A DNA stretch of 61,070 nucleotides, the filler included. It is 7 parts of 7 records of this genome, joined end to end, with 100 filler letters (N's around TTAATTAATTAA, not from the genome) between each part and the next. Parts side by side here need not be neighbours in the genome. Positions count along the whole stretch, not along the records: positions 1 to 11,030 come from SRR31156797_29687; positions 11,131 to 16,876 come from SRR31156797_29738; positions 16,977 to 26,368 come from SRR31156797_29747; 4 more parts are not named here. One strand, 5' to 3'. The number at the start of each line of letters is the position of its first letter. Position 1 is the first letter of the stretch. A program made the translations under genes and the position numbers. Below the pieces are notes generated by a model that saw only the letters and a list, made by a program, of their open reading frames with translations, did no database searches and was not told the DNA's origin. Positions 9,885-19,835 of this stretch are shown here, one piece after another.

Positions 9885-10694
9885 TTACTCTTCAGGATTT
9901 AACTCTGTTCCACATTTTTTACAAAATACAGCATCGTCGTCGTGTGAAGGATACAGGCAGCTGGGGCATACCTGGGTATTTTGTTTTAAGGTAGGGCTAA
10001 TGATCTCGGCAGTAACAATGCCGGTTGGAACCGCAATAATGGCATAACCCATAATCATAACTATGCTGGCCAGAAACTGACCGAATGGTGTTCCCGGACT
10101 AATATCACCATAGCCAACCGTTGTAAGCGTTACAATAGCCCAGTATATTCCGTGTGGTATGCTGTTAAAACCATGGTCTGGTCCTTCAATAAGATACATT
10201 ACCGTACCAACAATTATGACAAGAATTATAACAAAGAACAAGAAAACACTGATTTTTTCTCTACTGGCCCAAATGGCAACGGCCAGTGTTCGACCCGCCC
10301 TGGTGTAACGGGTCAGTTTCAGGATTCTAAAAATCCGTAATAGCCGTAGTATTCGAATTACAACCAAACTATGTGAGCCTATCAGTATCAACCCAAGGTA
10401 TGTAGGTAGTACCGAAAGCAAATCGATTATGCCATAAAAACTAAAGATATACCTGAATGGTTTTTGAACAATCGCTATTCGAAGGGTGTATTCGATACTA
10501 AAAATAATGGTTATGATCCATTCCATAATCTTTAGAACATTGTGGTAGCGGTTGTTTATTGATTCAACACTTTCGAGCATTACCAATAGAACACTGATCA
10601 TGATTACGATTAAGAGCAGAACATCAAAGCGTTTACCGGCAGGGGTATCGGCCTCAAATATAATCTCATAAATCCTTTGTTTGGTTTTGCCCAT
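9885..10694 (-). CDS. Ion transporter / voltage-gated K+ channel family protein with C-terminal Cys ribbon
   Basis: S4-like RILRLLRIFRILKL, selectivity filter TTVGYGD, C-terminal CPSC...CKKCG. Start chosen at MGKTKQR. Confidence 0.9.
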   Translation of the reverse strand: MGKTKQRIYEIIFEADTPAGKRFDVLLLIVIMISVLLVMLESVESINNRYHNVLKIMEWIITIIFSIEYTLRIAIVQKPFRYIFSFYGIIDLLSVLPTYLGLILIGSHSLVVIRILRLLRIFRILKLTRYTRAGRTLAVAIWASREKISVFLFFVIILVIIVGTVMYLIEGPDHGFNSIPHGIYWAIVTLTTVGYGDISPGTPFGQFLASIVMIMGYAIIAVPTGIVTAEIISPTLKQNTQVCPSCLYPSHDDDAVFCKKCGTELNPEE

Positions 10695-10753
10695 TTTGGA
10701 ATGATCTGAATGATAAATATACAATATTTAGAGTGATATAAACTTTGAGGCAC

Positions 10754-10779
10754 AAAAAAACCTTCTCCGGGGAGAAGGC
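10754..10779 (-). terminator. Rho-independent terminator after ald
   Basis: Minus strand CCTTCTCC-CC-GGAGAAGG followed by T7. Confidence 0.75.
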
Positions 10780-10806
10780 TTCATCAAATATCAAAATTGG
10801 TTTTTC

Positions 10807-11030
10807 TTATAGAACAGTCTCAACTTTTTTGTATGGTAAATTAAAGGCTTCAGCAACCCCTTCGTAAACCACTTTTCCATCAACAACATTTAATCCTTTA
10901 CGTAGTGGCTCATCGTCGATACAAGCTTGTTTCCATCCTTTTTCAGCAATTTGAATAGCATAAGGAAGTGTTGCATTGGTTAAAGCGATGGTTGAAGTGC
11001 GAGGTACTGCGCCAGGCATGTTGGCCACAC
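10807..11030 (-). CDS. ald: Alanine dehydrogenase, C-terminal fragment (5'-partial at contig end)
   Basis: [23 protein letters not shown]...LRKGLNV..GKV....VAEAF. Confidence 0.9.
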
Positions 11031-11130
11031 NNNNNNNNNNNNNNNNNNNNNNNNNNNNNNNNNNNNNNNNNNNNTTAATTAATTAANNNNNNNNNNNNNN
11101 NNNNNNNNNNNNNNNNNNNNNNNNNNNNNN
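11031..11130. other. Artificial contig spacer
   Basis: N44-TTAATTAATTAA-N44 (stops in all frames); gene style changes across it. Confidence 0.99.
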
Positions 11131-11131
11131 A

Positions 11132-12145
11132 AAATATTTCTTTGATGAAAAAGATATGGGGATCGAACATGCACTTTTACCTGAAAAAGGTTTAGTAGTT
11201 CCAGGTGATGTTATCATTGGAGCTGATTCACATACATGTACTCATGGAGCAATAGGCGCTTTTAGTACAGGTATGGGAAGTACAGATCTTGCTTTTGCTA
11301 TGGTAACTGGTGGAAACTGGTTTAAAGTACCTGAATCGATTAAAGTGGTATTTAGCGGAAAACCAAAAGAGTTTGTAACAGGAAAAGATCTTATCTTAGA
11401 GATCATTAGACTAATCGGTGTGGATGGGGCATTATATAGAACTTTAGAATTCACTGGTGATACAATCCAATATTTGAGTATGGATGATAGATTTGCACTT
11501 TGTAATATGGCTATTGAAGCTGGAGCAAAATCTGGAATCGTAGCATATGATGAGATCACTGAAGAATTTTTAGAGCAAAGAAAAGAGGCAAATGGAGCTT
11601 TAAGAAGTGAGCCTAAAATCCATTACTCTGATGAGGATGCAACATATTCACAAGTATTAGAGATAGATGTAGCTAGTTTAGAACCAGTGATCGCTTATCC
11701 ATTTTTACCAGAAAATGGACATACTATGAGTGAAGCTGTTGCTGATAATATTAAAGTAGACCAAGTATTTATTGGAAGCTGTACCAATGGAAGATTAAGT
11801 GACCTAGAAGCTGCTGCAAAATTACTTGATGGAAAAAAAGTGGCGCGTCATGTGAGAATGATAGTAACACCTGGAACTCAAAAGATATTAAGAGAAGCTA
11901 CAAAACTTGGATATATTGATACACTTGTTGATGCAGGTGCTGTAGTATCAAATCCAACATGTGGAGCATGCCTTGGTGGATATATGGGAATACTTGGCGA
12001 TGGTGAAGTTTGTATCTCCACAACTAATAGAAACTTCGTAGGAAGAATGGGAAGCCGTGATTCTAAAGTATACCTAAGTAACTCTGCTGTTGCAGCTGCA
12101 AGTGCAATCAGTGGATATATCACGGATCCTAATAGTATAAAATAA
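11132..12145 (+). CDS. leuC: 3-isopropylmalate dehydratase large subunit (short LeuC/HacA type); 5'-partial
   Basis: [49 protein letters not shown]. Frame is open to the contig edge. Confidence 0.92.
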   Translation, partial: KYFFDEKDMGIEHALLPEKGLVVPGDVIIGADSHTCTHGAIGAFSTGMGSTDLAFAMVTGGNWFKVPESIKVVFSGKPKEFVTGKDLILEIIRLIGVDGALYRTLEFTGDTIQYLSMDDRFALCNMAIEAGAKSGIVAYDEITEEFLEQRKEANGALRSEPKIHYSDEDATYSQVLEIDVASLEPVIAYPFLPENGHTMSEAVADNIKVDQVFIGSCTNGRLSDLEAAAKLLDGKKVARHVRMIVTPGTQKILREATKLGYIDTLVDAGAVVSNPTCGACLGGYMGILGDGEVCISTTNRNFVGRMGSRDSKVYLSNSAVAAASAISGYITDPNSIK

Positions 12146-12153
12146 TCTTATTA

Positions 12154-12181
12154 AACCTTACTTTTTTAGTAAGGTTCTTTT
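12154..12181 (+). terminator. Putative terminator hairpin after leuC
   Basis: AACCTTACT-TTTTT-AGTAAGGTT followed by CTTTT. Confidence 0.55.
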
Positions 12182-12325
12182 CAACATTACAATAGGCTTA
12201 AAGATATAATATAATTATAGCTTATAAGTAACATTAATATTATTCACAAAAATTTAAGTTGACTATTATTTTGTTTGTGATAACCTTTTCCCTAGCATTT
12301 AAATTTTATCACAAAGGAAATATTT

Positions 12326-13822
12326 ATGATTGAAAATAGAGACGTTCAAAAAGACTTAGAGCAATTAGACGCTATTTTAAAAGACAAAGGTATCTCAAGA
12401 AGAGATGCAATGAAAATGATGGGAGTTTCAAGTTTAGCAGCATTAGCTGTTGCAGCTCCAGATGCTGAAGCAGCAACTGTTGCAAAAGCTAGTGATGCAA
12501 AAGGAAAAATAGTGATCATCGGTGGTGGTCTTTCTGGTATGTCTACAGCAGCTAGATTAACAAATAATCTTTCTAATCCAGATATTACAGTTATTGAGCC
12601 AAACTCACTTTCTACAAGTTACCAACCAGGTCAAACTTTTGTTGGTTCTGGAATTTGGGATAAAAGCGAAGTTATGTACAACAGAGATGATTATGTTCCA
12701 TCAGGAACAAAACTTGTTGCAGAGTCAGTTGTAGAAGTTGATGCACCAAACAATACAGTAACAACTGATAAAGGAACTAAGATCAAGTATGACTTCTTAG
12801 TAGTAGCTGCTGGTCTTAAACTTGATTATGGAAGAATCAAAGGTTTAGAAGAAGCTGGTGAGGTTTATTCTTCAGGAGACAATACTAAACTTGTAAATGT
12901 TCTTAACTCTGTAGGAGCATCTTCAATCTATACAGCTGATGGTGCGGAAGCTACTTGGGCAAATATGCAAAAATTTGTTGCTGATGCAAAATCTGGTAAA
13001 AAAGTAAAAGGTGTATTTACACACCCTAACACACCAATCAAATGTGGTGGTGCGCCTAAGAAAATCATGTACCTTACAAACTCAAGATTAGAAGAAGCTG
13101 GAGCAAGAGCAAACGCTGATTTACATTTCTACCCAAATGGTGGAGCGATGTTTGGTATCAAAGATTATCACACTGCAATCGTTAAACAATTTGAAGCAAG
13201 AGATATGAAATGGTCTTATAAACATAACTTAACTGAAGTATCTAATGGTATGGCAGTATTTGATAAGCACTGGAAAGAAAAAGGTGCGTTTGATGAAGAT
13301 CTAGGTGAATATGAGATGGTTACAAAACATGAAAGAGTTGAAGTACCATTTGACTTCTTACATATTACTCCTCCAATGAAAGCTCCAGATGAGATTGGTA
13401 AATCTTCAGTTGGTTCTGGAAAAGGATTTATCCCTGTAACTAAAGAGACTTTACAACACGTTAAATTCCCTAATGTATTTGCACTAGGTGATATCGCTGC
13501 TGTTCCAATGGGAAAAACTGGTGGATCTGCTAGAAAGCAATACGCTGTATTAACTGACAACCTTATCTCTGTAATGGAAAGTGGTTCAATCCCAGCATCA
13601 AATAAAAAATATGATGGATATACTGTTTGTCCACTTATTACAAGTATTGGAACAATTATGCTTGCTGAATTTAACTGGGAATCTAAGAAATTAGGATCTG
13701 GTAAAAATGCTGCGATCACTTCATTACTTGACCCAACTCAAGAAAGATATATTTGGTGGTTATTAAAACTTTATTTATTAAAACCAATGACTCAATATGG
13801 AATGTTAGCAGGAAAAGCGTAA
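12326..13822 (+). CDS. sqr: Sulfide:quinone oxidoreductase-family FAD flavoprotein with Tat signal
   Basis: SRRDAMK twin-Arg motif, IIGGGLSG Rossmann motif, YQPG, PIKCGGAPKK, VFALGD, YDGYTVCP, LAEF. Confidence 0.8.
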   Translation: MIENRDVQKDLEQLDAILKDKGISRRDAMKMMGVSSLAALAVAAPDAEAATVAKASDAKGKIVIIGGGLSGMSTAARLTNNLSNPDITVIEPNSLSTSYQPGQTFVGSGIWDKSEVMYNRDDYVPSGTKLVAESVVEVDAPNNTVTTDKGTKIKYDFLVVAAGLKLDYGRIKGLEEAGEVYSSGDNTKLVNVLNSVGASSIYTADGAEATWANMQKFVADAKSGKKVKGVFTHPNTPIKCGGAPKKIMYLTNSRLEEAGARANADLHFYPNGGAMFGIKDYHTAIVKQFEARDMKWSYKHNLTEVSNGMAVFDKHWKEKGAFDEDLGEYEMVTKHERVEVPFDFLHITPPMKAPDEIGKSSVGSGKGFIPVTKETLQHVKFPNVFALGDIAAVPMGKTGGSARKQYAVLTDNLISVMESGSIPASNKKYDGYTVCPLITSIGTIMLAEFNWESKKLGSGKNAAITSLLDPTQERYIWWLLKLYLLKPMTQYGMLAGKA

Positions 13823-13850
13823 TCTTTTCTTTACAAAATTTGAGTTATTT

Positions 13851-13881
13851 AAAGGCTTCTCTTTCAGAGAAGCCTTTTTTT
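13851..13881 (+). terminator. Rho-independent terminator after sqr
   Basis: AAAGGCTTCTCT-TTC-AGAGAAGCCTTT followed by a T tract. Confidence 0.85.
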
Positions 13882-13936
13882 ATTTTAGCTTTTTTTTGAT
13901 ACTATAACGGATAAACATAAAGGAATAGACTATAGT

Positions 13937-14179
13937 ATGAAAAAAGAACTTTTAATTTTTGTTGGATTATTTTTATTTTTGGCTATTGGAATGCATTTTA
14001 AACAATGGACTTCTCATCCTATTGAACATTTGATGAGCTTACCTCATGGAGGGGCTTTTGGAATCCCTGGGATCATCCATCCATTTGTATTTACAATACT
14101 TGTTTATCTTATTATTAGATTGCCTTTTTTAATTAAAAAGCTTTTAACAAAAGATAAGATGAAAATTGATTGTGATTAA
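13937..14179 (+). CDS. Small hypothetical membrane protein (2 TM, His-containing loop)
   Basis: AAGGA upstream; two hydrophobic segments. Confidence 0.65.
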   Translation: MKKELLIFVGLFLFLAIGMHFKQWTSHPIEHLMSLPHGGAFGIPGIIHPFVFTILVYLIIRLPFLIKKLLTKDKMKIDCD

Positions 14180-14775
14180 GACTCCACAATCAATTTCTTG
14201 ACCCTCTCTACTTCATTTTGTAAATTTTTTAGATCTTTAGAATTATCTATAATAAAACTTCCAAGTAGTTTTTTCTGCTCAATATCCATCTGATTCTCTA
14301 TTTTTACAATCGCTTCATCATAAGAACACTTATCGCGATCAATTAACCTTTGGACTTGAATATCTTTTGGAGTATAAACCACAATTGATCTTTTTATATC
14401 GTAGTTTCCTTTTTCAAAAAAAAGTGGTATATCGATAAGGTATGGCTTATTTTGAAGCTCAAATACCTTTGCTTTTTCTATGATCTTTTGTTTGATAAGT
14501 GGATGAACAAAAGCTTCAAGCTTCTCTTTTTGCTTCTTATTATTAAAAATAAGGCTCCCCAGTTTTTTTCGATCTACCCTATTGTCTTTAATATACTCTT
14601 GCCCAAATAAAGAAGCGATAGAGTCTACCTCTTCATCCAAAACTTCATGAGCTACTTTATCCGCATCGATTATTAAAAACCCATGAAGCATAAAAAGAGA
14701 TGCTACAGTACTTTTGCCTGTAGCTATCCCTCCTGTTAAAACAATAGCATTTTTAAAATGATTATCGTTTGGCAA
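14176..14775 (-). CDS. coaE: Dephospho-CoA kinase
   Basis: LTGGIATGKSTV, IIDADKVAH, DRKKLG, LEAFVHP, DIPLFFE. Confidence 0.95.
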   Translation of the reverse strand: MPNDNHFKNAIVLTGGIATGKSTVASLFMLHGFLIIDADKVAHEVLDEEVDSIASLFGQEYIKDNRVDRKKLGSLIFNNKKQKEKLEAFVHPLIKQKIIEKAKVFELQNKPYLIDIPLFFEKGNYDIKRSIVVYTPKDIQVQRLIDRDKCSYDEAIVKIENQMDIEQKKLLGSFIIDNSKDLKNLQNEVERVKKLIVES

Positions 14776-15310
14776 TACCAGTTATCGCTTTTGTGATATA
14801 TGTAGGGTGAATAAAGCTTGCATTTTGAAGCTCTGTATTGTAATAATTACACTCAGTTAATAGATCAGATACCTGAAGTACAATCTCCGCTTGTGGATGA
14901 TATTTTTTAGAAGCAAAGATCAAAGTATTGTGTCCAAAACTATATGGCATACAGATCCAAAAGTTTTTTCCAACTATCTCAAGCTCTTTTTTAGATACCT
15001 CTACATCTTTATAGATAAATGATGCTTTTGTACAAAATATCCCTTTAGATGGTTCAAGAATTCTTTCAATATTTGCCATCTCTAATTCACTTGGAGCATC
15101 AAGATTATAAAGGATAATATCAAAAACCCCTTCTAAATTTACACTGTCACTGTAAGTAACATCTTTACACTCATGTTTAGAAAGTTCGCTTTTAAAATCC
15201 TCACTCACTTCACCAACAACTAAAACTTTTTTTATATCTTTATGTGAACACATAGGAACATGTACCATCATCTCATCATATGCAAAGTTCTTATTTTCGC
15301 AGTTTGCCAT
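14762..15310 (-). CDS. Short spermidine-synthase-like (SpeE-like) protein
   Basis: YDEMMVHVPMCSH, KKVLVVG, FASKKYHP, YYNTELQNASF; overlaps the coaE start. Confidence 0.65.
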   Translation of the reverse strand: MANCENKNFAYDEMMVHVPMCSHKDIKKVLVVGEVSEDFKSELSKHECKDVTYSDSVNLEGVFDIILYNLDAPSELEMANIERILEPSKGIFCTKASFIYKDVEVSKKELEIVGKNFWICMPYSFGHNTLIFASKKYHPQAEIVLQVSDLLTECNYYNTELQNASFIHPTYITKAITGIAKR

Positions 15311-15434
15311 ATATATTTCTCCAATATTTAAACTAAACTCAAAAGAGCCTTTTTAGCCCTTTAATTAAATTTTAGGTATAATACCCAAAATTTTTTAAAC
15401 TCAAATTACTTAAATTAACTGAAGGAAATTGCTT

Positions 15435-15638
15435 ATGAATATTTATGACAAGATTAGAAGTTTTTGTAGATCATTTAGAATCGCACTTGGTGTTATCGTT
15501 CTTCTTATTGGATTTTTACTAGGAGATGGTGGTTTAAACCTTGGATGGTGGTATCTTGGACTTCTTCCACTGATCGCTGGACTTGTTGACTTTTGCCCAA
15601 CGTGTATCATCTCAAAAAAATGTACAACAAAAAGCTAA
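15435..15638 (+). CDS. DUF2892/YgaP-like small membrane protein
   Basis: RIALG...GLLPLIAGLVDFCP pattern; RBS AAGGA at about 15422. Confidence 0.75.
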   Translation: MNIYDKIRSFCRSFRIALGVIVLLIGFLLGDGGLNLGWWYLGLLPLIAGLVDFCPTCIISKKCTTKS

Positions 15639-15644
15639 GTAATA

Positions 15645-16640
15645 ATGGCAACAATTTCATATAAAGATGCTGGCGTAGATATAGACGCTGGAAATAGCTT
15701 CGTAGAAAATATCAAACCCCATGTAAAATCTACTATGATCCCAGGAGTGCTTGGAGGAATTGGTTCATTTGCAGGAGCATTTGAGCTTCCAACTGGATAT
15801 AAAGAACCTGTGGTCTTAGCAGGAACTGATGGAGTAGGAACAAAACTAAAACTAGCAATCGATTCGAAAAAGTTTGATACTGTAGGGATCGATCTAGTAG
15901 CAATGTGTTCAAATGATCTTATCTGTAACTTTGGAGAACCTTTATTTTTCCTAGACTACTACGCAACTGCTAAGCTTGAAGTAGCTGAAGCTAGTGATGT
16001 AGTAAAAGGGATCGCTGAGGGGTGCATTAGAAGTGAATGTGCCTTGATTGGTGGAGAGACTGCTGAGATGCCAGGGATGTACAAAGAGGGTGACTTTGAT
16101 CTTGCAGGATTTTGTGTAGGGATCGCTGAGAAGTCTGAGCTTAACCGAGTTGAAAAAGTAAAAGCAGAAGATGTACTTATCGCCCTTCCAAGTTCTGGAG
16201 TCCACTCCAATGGATTTAGCTTGGTGCGAAAGCTTCTTTTAGAAAAACTTGGGATGAAGTTTGAAGATGAGTTCAATGGAAAACCACTTATCGATACACT
16301 TTTAGAGCCTACAAGAATCTATGTAAAAGAGTTCAAAGCCAATAAAAACAAGATAAATGCACTGGCTCATATCACGGGTGGTGGTATCGTAGAAAACCTT
16401 CCACGTGTACTTCCAGATAACTTAAAAGCAGTAGTACAAAAAGATAAGATCCAAGTTTTACCTATATTTGAACTTATGTCTCAGCATGTAGAAGAGGCTG
16501 AGATGTATAGAGCTTTTAATATGGGTGTAGGGATGATCTTTGTAGTTGATCCTGCTAATGTGGATGATGTGCTGGCAAATACCGATGGGTATGTTATTGG
16601 TACTCTGAAAGAGGGTGAAAAAGGGTGTGATATAGTATAA
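15645..16640 (+). CDS. purM: Phosphoribosylformylglycinamidine cyclo-ligase (AIR synthetase)
   Basis: YKDAGVDID, TDGVGTKL, GGETAEMP, SSGVHSNGFSL, HITGGG, FNMGVG. Confidence 0.97.
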   Translation: MATISYKDAGVDIDAGNSFVENIKPHVKSTMIPGVLGGIGSFAGAFELPTGYKEPVVLAGTDGVGTKLKLAIDSKKFDTVGIDLVAMCSNDLICNFGEPLFFLDYYATAKLEVAEASDVVKGIAEGCIRSECALIGGETAEMPGMYKEGDFDLAGFCVGIAEKSELNRVEKVKAEDVLIALPSSGVHSNGFSLVRKLLLEKLGMKFEDEFNGKPLIDTLLEPTRIYVKEFKANKNKINALAHITGGGIVENLPRVLPDNLKAVVQKDKIQVLPIFELMSQHVEEAEMYRAFNMGVGMIFVVDPANVDDVLANTDGYVIGTLKEGEKGCDIV

Positions 16641-16677
16641 AACCTATTTTGGTTTTTTACTATATATCTTTATAATA

Positions 16678-16875
16678 CTAAGAATTATTATTAAAATATT
16701 CTTTAGTCTCTAACATTACATCTAAATTTGGATGCCCTTTTGGAAACAGCTCTTCCATTATCTCTATCCCTTTGTCTATAAACTCTTTTGCTTTTGCTTT
16801 CTCTTTATTTATAAAATAGAGTTGGGAAATATTTGCATAGCTTATGGCTGTATTTGGGTGTTTCTCTCCTAGGAT
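16678..16875 (-). CDS. Tetratricopeptide-repeat protein (kinesin-light-chain-like TPR), C-terminal fragment; not in ORF track
   Basis: My translation: ILGEKHPNTAISYANISQLY...ELFPKGHPNL...FNNNS*. The LGxxHPxTA repeat is typical of TPR_10/TPR_12. Confidence 0.75.
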   Translation of the reverse strand: MLGEKHPNTAISYANISQLYFINKEKAKAKEFIDKGIEIMEELFPKGHPNLDVMLETKEYFNNNS

Positions 16876-16876
16876 C

Positions 16877-16976
16877 NNNNNNNNNNNNNNNNNNNNNNNN
16901 NNNNNNNNNNNNNNNNNNNNTTAATTAATTAANNNNNNNNNNNNNNNNNNNNNNNNNNNNNNNNNNNNNNNNNNNN
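16877..16976. other. Artificial contig spacer
   Basis: N44-TTAATTAATTAA-N44. Confidence 0.99.
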
Positions 16977-16977
16977 T

Positions 16978-19806
16978 ATAAGATTCATTTTGTATACAAT
17001 GTTTGCTTTTAGCCCATTCTGTTTAGGGGCTCAAACAGTTGTAGAAAATGATATTGATACTATACAACCTTCTTCTGAAGACCAACTGGTGCAAGTTGCA
17101 TTTCGTAAAGTTCAACAAAGCGAACTAATGGGAAGTGTTTCAGTAATCAACTACGAAGAACTTACAAAGAAAAACTATAATACTTATAGTTTGGATAATT
17201 TGCAGGGGTACATTGGAGGTTGGAACGGTAGTTCAATGTGGGGGATGGACGATTATCTGGTACTTGTAGATGGTATTCCTCGCGAAGCTAATAATGTTTT
17301 ACCAACTGAAATTGAACAAATAAGCTTTTTAAAAGGAGCTTCAGCAGTGGTGCTTTATGGAAGCCGTGCTGCTAAAGGGGTGGTTTATGTTACTACTAAA
17401 AGAGGAAAAGTGCAACCATTAGAAGTAAAAGTACGTGCCAATACCGGATACCATACAATTAAAAGTTATCCCGAGTATCTTGGATCGGCGGAATATATGA
17501 CACTTTATAACGAAGCACTCGGAAACGATGGTTTAACAGCTCTTTACAGTGAATCGGATATTTACAATTATGCATCTGGCAGCAATCCTTACCGGTATCC
17601 CGATGTTAATTTCTATTCATCAGAATATTTAAAGAATGCGTACAACCGTACAGATGTTAGTGCAGAAATAACAGGTGGTAACGAACGTGCTCGTTATTAT
17701 ACCAATATCGGTTACTATAATCAGGGCGATTTGTTTAAGTTTGGAGAAGCCCAAAACAATAATGTTAACCGTTTAAATATTCGTGGAAATATTGACTTGA
17801 ACCTGAATGATGCAATAAGCGCATATATTAATACGAATGTAACTTTTTATAATTCGAGAAGCGCTAATGCCACCGATGGGAATTATTGGTCAGCTTCGGC
17901 GTCTTTTAGACCAAATAGGGTTGCACCATTGGTTCCGCTAAGTTATATCGATGAGAACGATTTGGAGTCCTGGAATTTAATTAACGAAAGTAATAACATT
18001 ATAGATGGCATATATTTTCTTGGAGGAACACAGGTTGATCAAACCAATGTTTTTGCCGATTATTATACGGGCGGCTATAACAAATGGACCAGTCGGCAAT
18101 TTCAATTTGATACCGGCCTGGATTTTGACTTAGACGGTTTTATAAAAGGTCTTTCTTTTCATACAATGTTTGCGGTTGACTATGCTACATCATATTCGAC
18201 CTCATATAATAATACCTATGCAGTATACGATCCGGAATGGTACAATTACAACGGAAGCGATGTTATTGCAGGTCTTACCAAGTACAATAATGATGAAAAA
18301 TCGGGTGTGCAGAACATCAGCGGGAGTACAAGCAATCAAACCATTGCATTCTCCGGATATTTCAGTTATGAAAATAAGATTAACGAGGAACATGAGCTGT
18401 CTGCAATGCTAGTAGCTACAGGTTATCAGCAAACTGAATCTGAAGTGTACCAAAGAACCAATAATACCAACTTGGGACTACAGGTGGGATACAACTTTAA
18501 AAAGAAGTATTATGCCGACTTTGGTGTAGCAGTACTTCACTCTGCCAAGTTGGCTGAAGGTCGCCGTAAAGGTTACTCTCCGTCAGTAACATTAGGTTGG
18601 AAATTAAGTAAAGAGGAGTTTCTTGCCAATTCATCTGTTATTGATGACCTAACTTTAAGTGTTTCAGGAAGTATATTAAATACCGATTTGGATATTGATG
18701 AGTATTACATGTATGAAGCAAATTACACACAAGCCAGTGGCTCGTGGTGGGGATGGTATGATGGCGCTTCAGAGCGATCAACCAATTCATTAAGAGGTGA
18801 AAATGAAGATTTGACATTTGTAAAAAGGAAGGAACTGTCTGCTAACTTAAGAACTTCATTGTGGGATCGGTTACTTACCATTAATTCTTCTTTCTTTATC
18901 AATACAATGGAAGGTTTGGTGATTGAACCAACCACAACTTTCCCCAGTTATTTTTATACGTACTATCCTGATGCTTCGTTTATTCCATACGTTAATTATA
19001 ACAATGATAAACGGGTTGGTTTTGATTTTGCCGTTAACCTGAACAAACAGTTAGGTGAGGTAGATTTCTCTTTAGGAGTAACTGGCACTTATTATAAAAC
19101 AGAAGCTACCCAGCGCGATGAAAATTATGAATACGATTACCAAAACCGTCAGGGTAAAGCAATAGATGGTATTTGGGGATTGGAATGTTTGGGAATGTTT
19201 CAAGATCAAGATGAAATTGATGGTTCACCGGAACAGAAATTTGGTGGTACTACAAAACCAGGTGATTTAAAATACGCTGACCAGAATGATGATGGCGTTA
19301 TTGATGAGAAAGATAAGGTGTTTCTTGGTAAAGGAGGGTGGAATGGTGCACCTTTTACACTGGGAGTAAACCTGACAGCGAAGTGGAAAGGATTAACATT
19401 TTTTGCCCTGGGAACCGGAAGTTTTGGAGCATATTCAGTAAAAAACAGCACATATTATTGGGTATATGGCGACAGGAAATACTCGGCAGCAGTACGCGAC
19501 AGGTGGACTGAAGAAACCAAAGCAACTGCAACTTATCCTCGACTGACAACTCAAAGTGGTGATAATAATTTCCAGAATTCTGATTTCTGGCTGTATAAAA
19601 CAAATCGTTTTAATCTTGCTAAGGTGCAGATCTCATACGATTTTCCGAAAAGATGGTTTCAGGACACTTTCTTCGGAGATGTTTCAACCTATGTTAGTGG
19701 ATCAAACCTTTTGACCATTTCAAAAGAACGTGAAATTTTAGAGATGAATGTTAGTAGTTCTCCTCAAACCCGGTTCTTTAATATTGGTTTAAAGGCCATG
19801 TTTTAA
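16978..19806 (+). CDS. susC: SusC/RagA-family TonB-dependent transporter; first codons probably missing
   Basis: LVLVDGIPR, IEQISFLKGASAVVLYGSRAAKGVVYVTTKRG plug motif, PGDLKYADQNDDG, YPRLT, terminal F. Confidence 0.93.
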   Translation: MRFILYTMFAFSPFCLGAQTVVENDIDTIQPSSEDQLVQVAFRKVQQSELMGSVSVINYEELTKKNYNTYSLDNLQGYIGGWNGSSMWGMDDYLVLVDGIPREANNVLPTEIEQISFLKGASAVVLYGSRAAKGVVYVTTKRGKVQPLEVKVRANTGYHTIKSYPEYLGSAEYMTLYNEALGNDGLTALYSESDIYNYASGSNPYRYPDVNFYSSEYLKNAYNRTDVSAEITGGNERARYYTNIGYYNQGDLFKFGEAQNNNVNRLNIRGNIDLNLNDAISAYINTNVTFYNSRSANATDGNYWSASASFRPNRVAPLVPLSYIDENDLESWNLINESNNIIDGIYFLGGTQVDQTNVFADYYTGGYNKWTSRQFQFDTGLDFDLDGFIKGLSFHTMFAVDYATSYSTSYNNTYAVYDPEWYNYNGSDVIAGLTKYNNDEKSGVQNISGSTSNQTIAFSGYFSYENKINEEHELSAMLVATGYQQTESEVYQRTNNTNLGLQVGYNFKKKYYADFGVAVLHSAKLAEGRRKGYSPSVTLGWKLSKEEFLANSSVIDDLTLSVSGSILNTDLDIDEYYMYEANYTQASGSWWGWYDGASERSTNSLRGENEDLTFVKRKELSANLRTSLWDRLLTINSSFFINTMEGLVIEPTTTFPSYFYTYYPDASFIPYVNYNNDKRVGFDFAVNLNKQLGEVDFSLGVTGTYYKTEATQRDENYEYDYQNRQGKAIDGIWGLECLGMFQDQDEIDGSPEQKFGGTTKPGDLKYADQNDDGVIDEKDKVFLGKGGWNGAPFTLGVNLTAKWKGLTFFALGTGSFGAYSVKNSTYYWVYGDRKYSAAVRDRWTEETKATATYPRLTTQSGDNNFQNSDFWLYKTNRFNLAKVQISYDFPKRWFQDTFFGDVSTYVSGSNLLTISKEREILEMNVSSSPQTRFFNIGLKAMF

Positions 19807-19835
19807 TTAACAAGTAACAAATTAAGATTTAGGAT

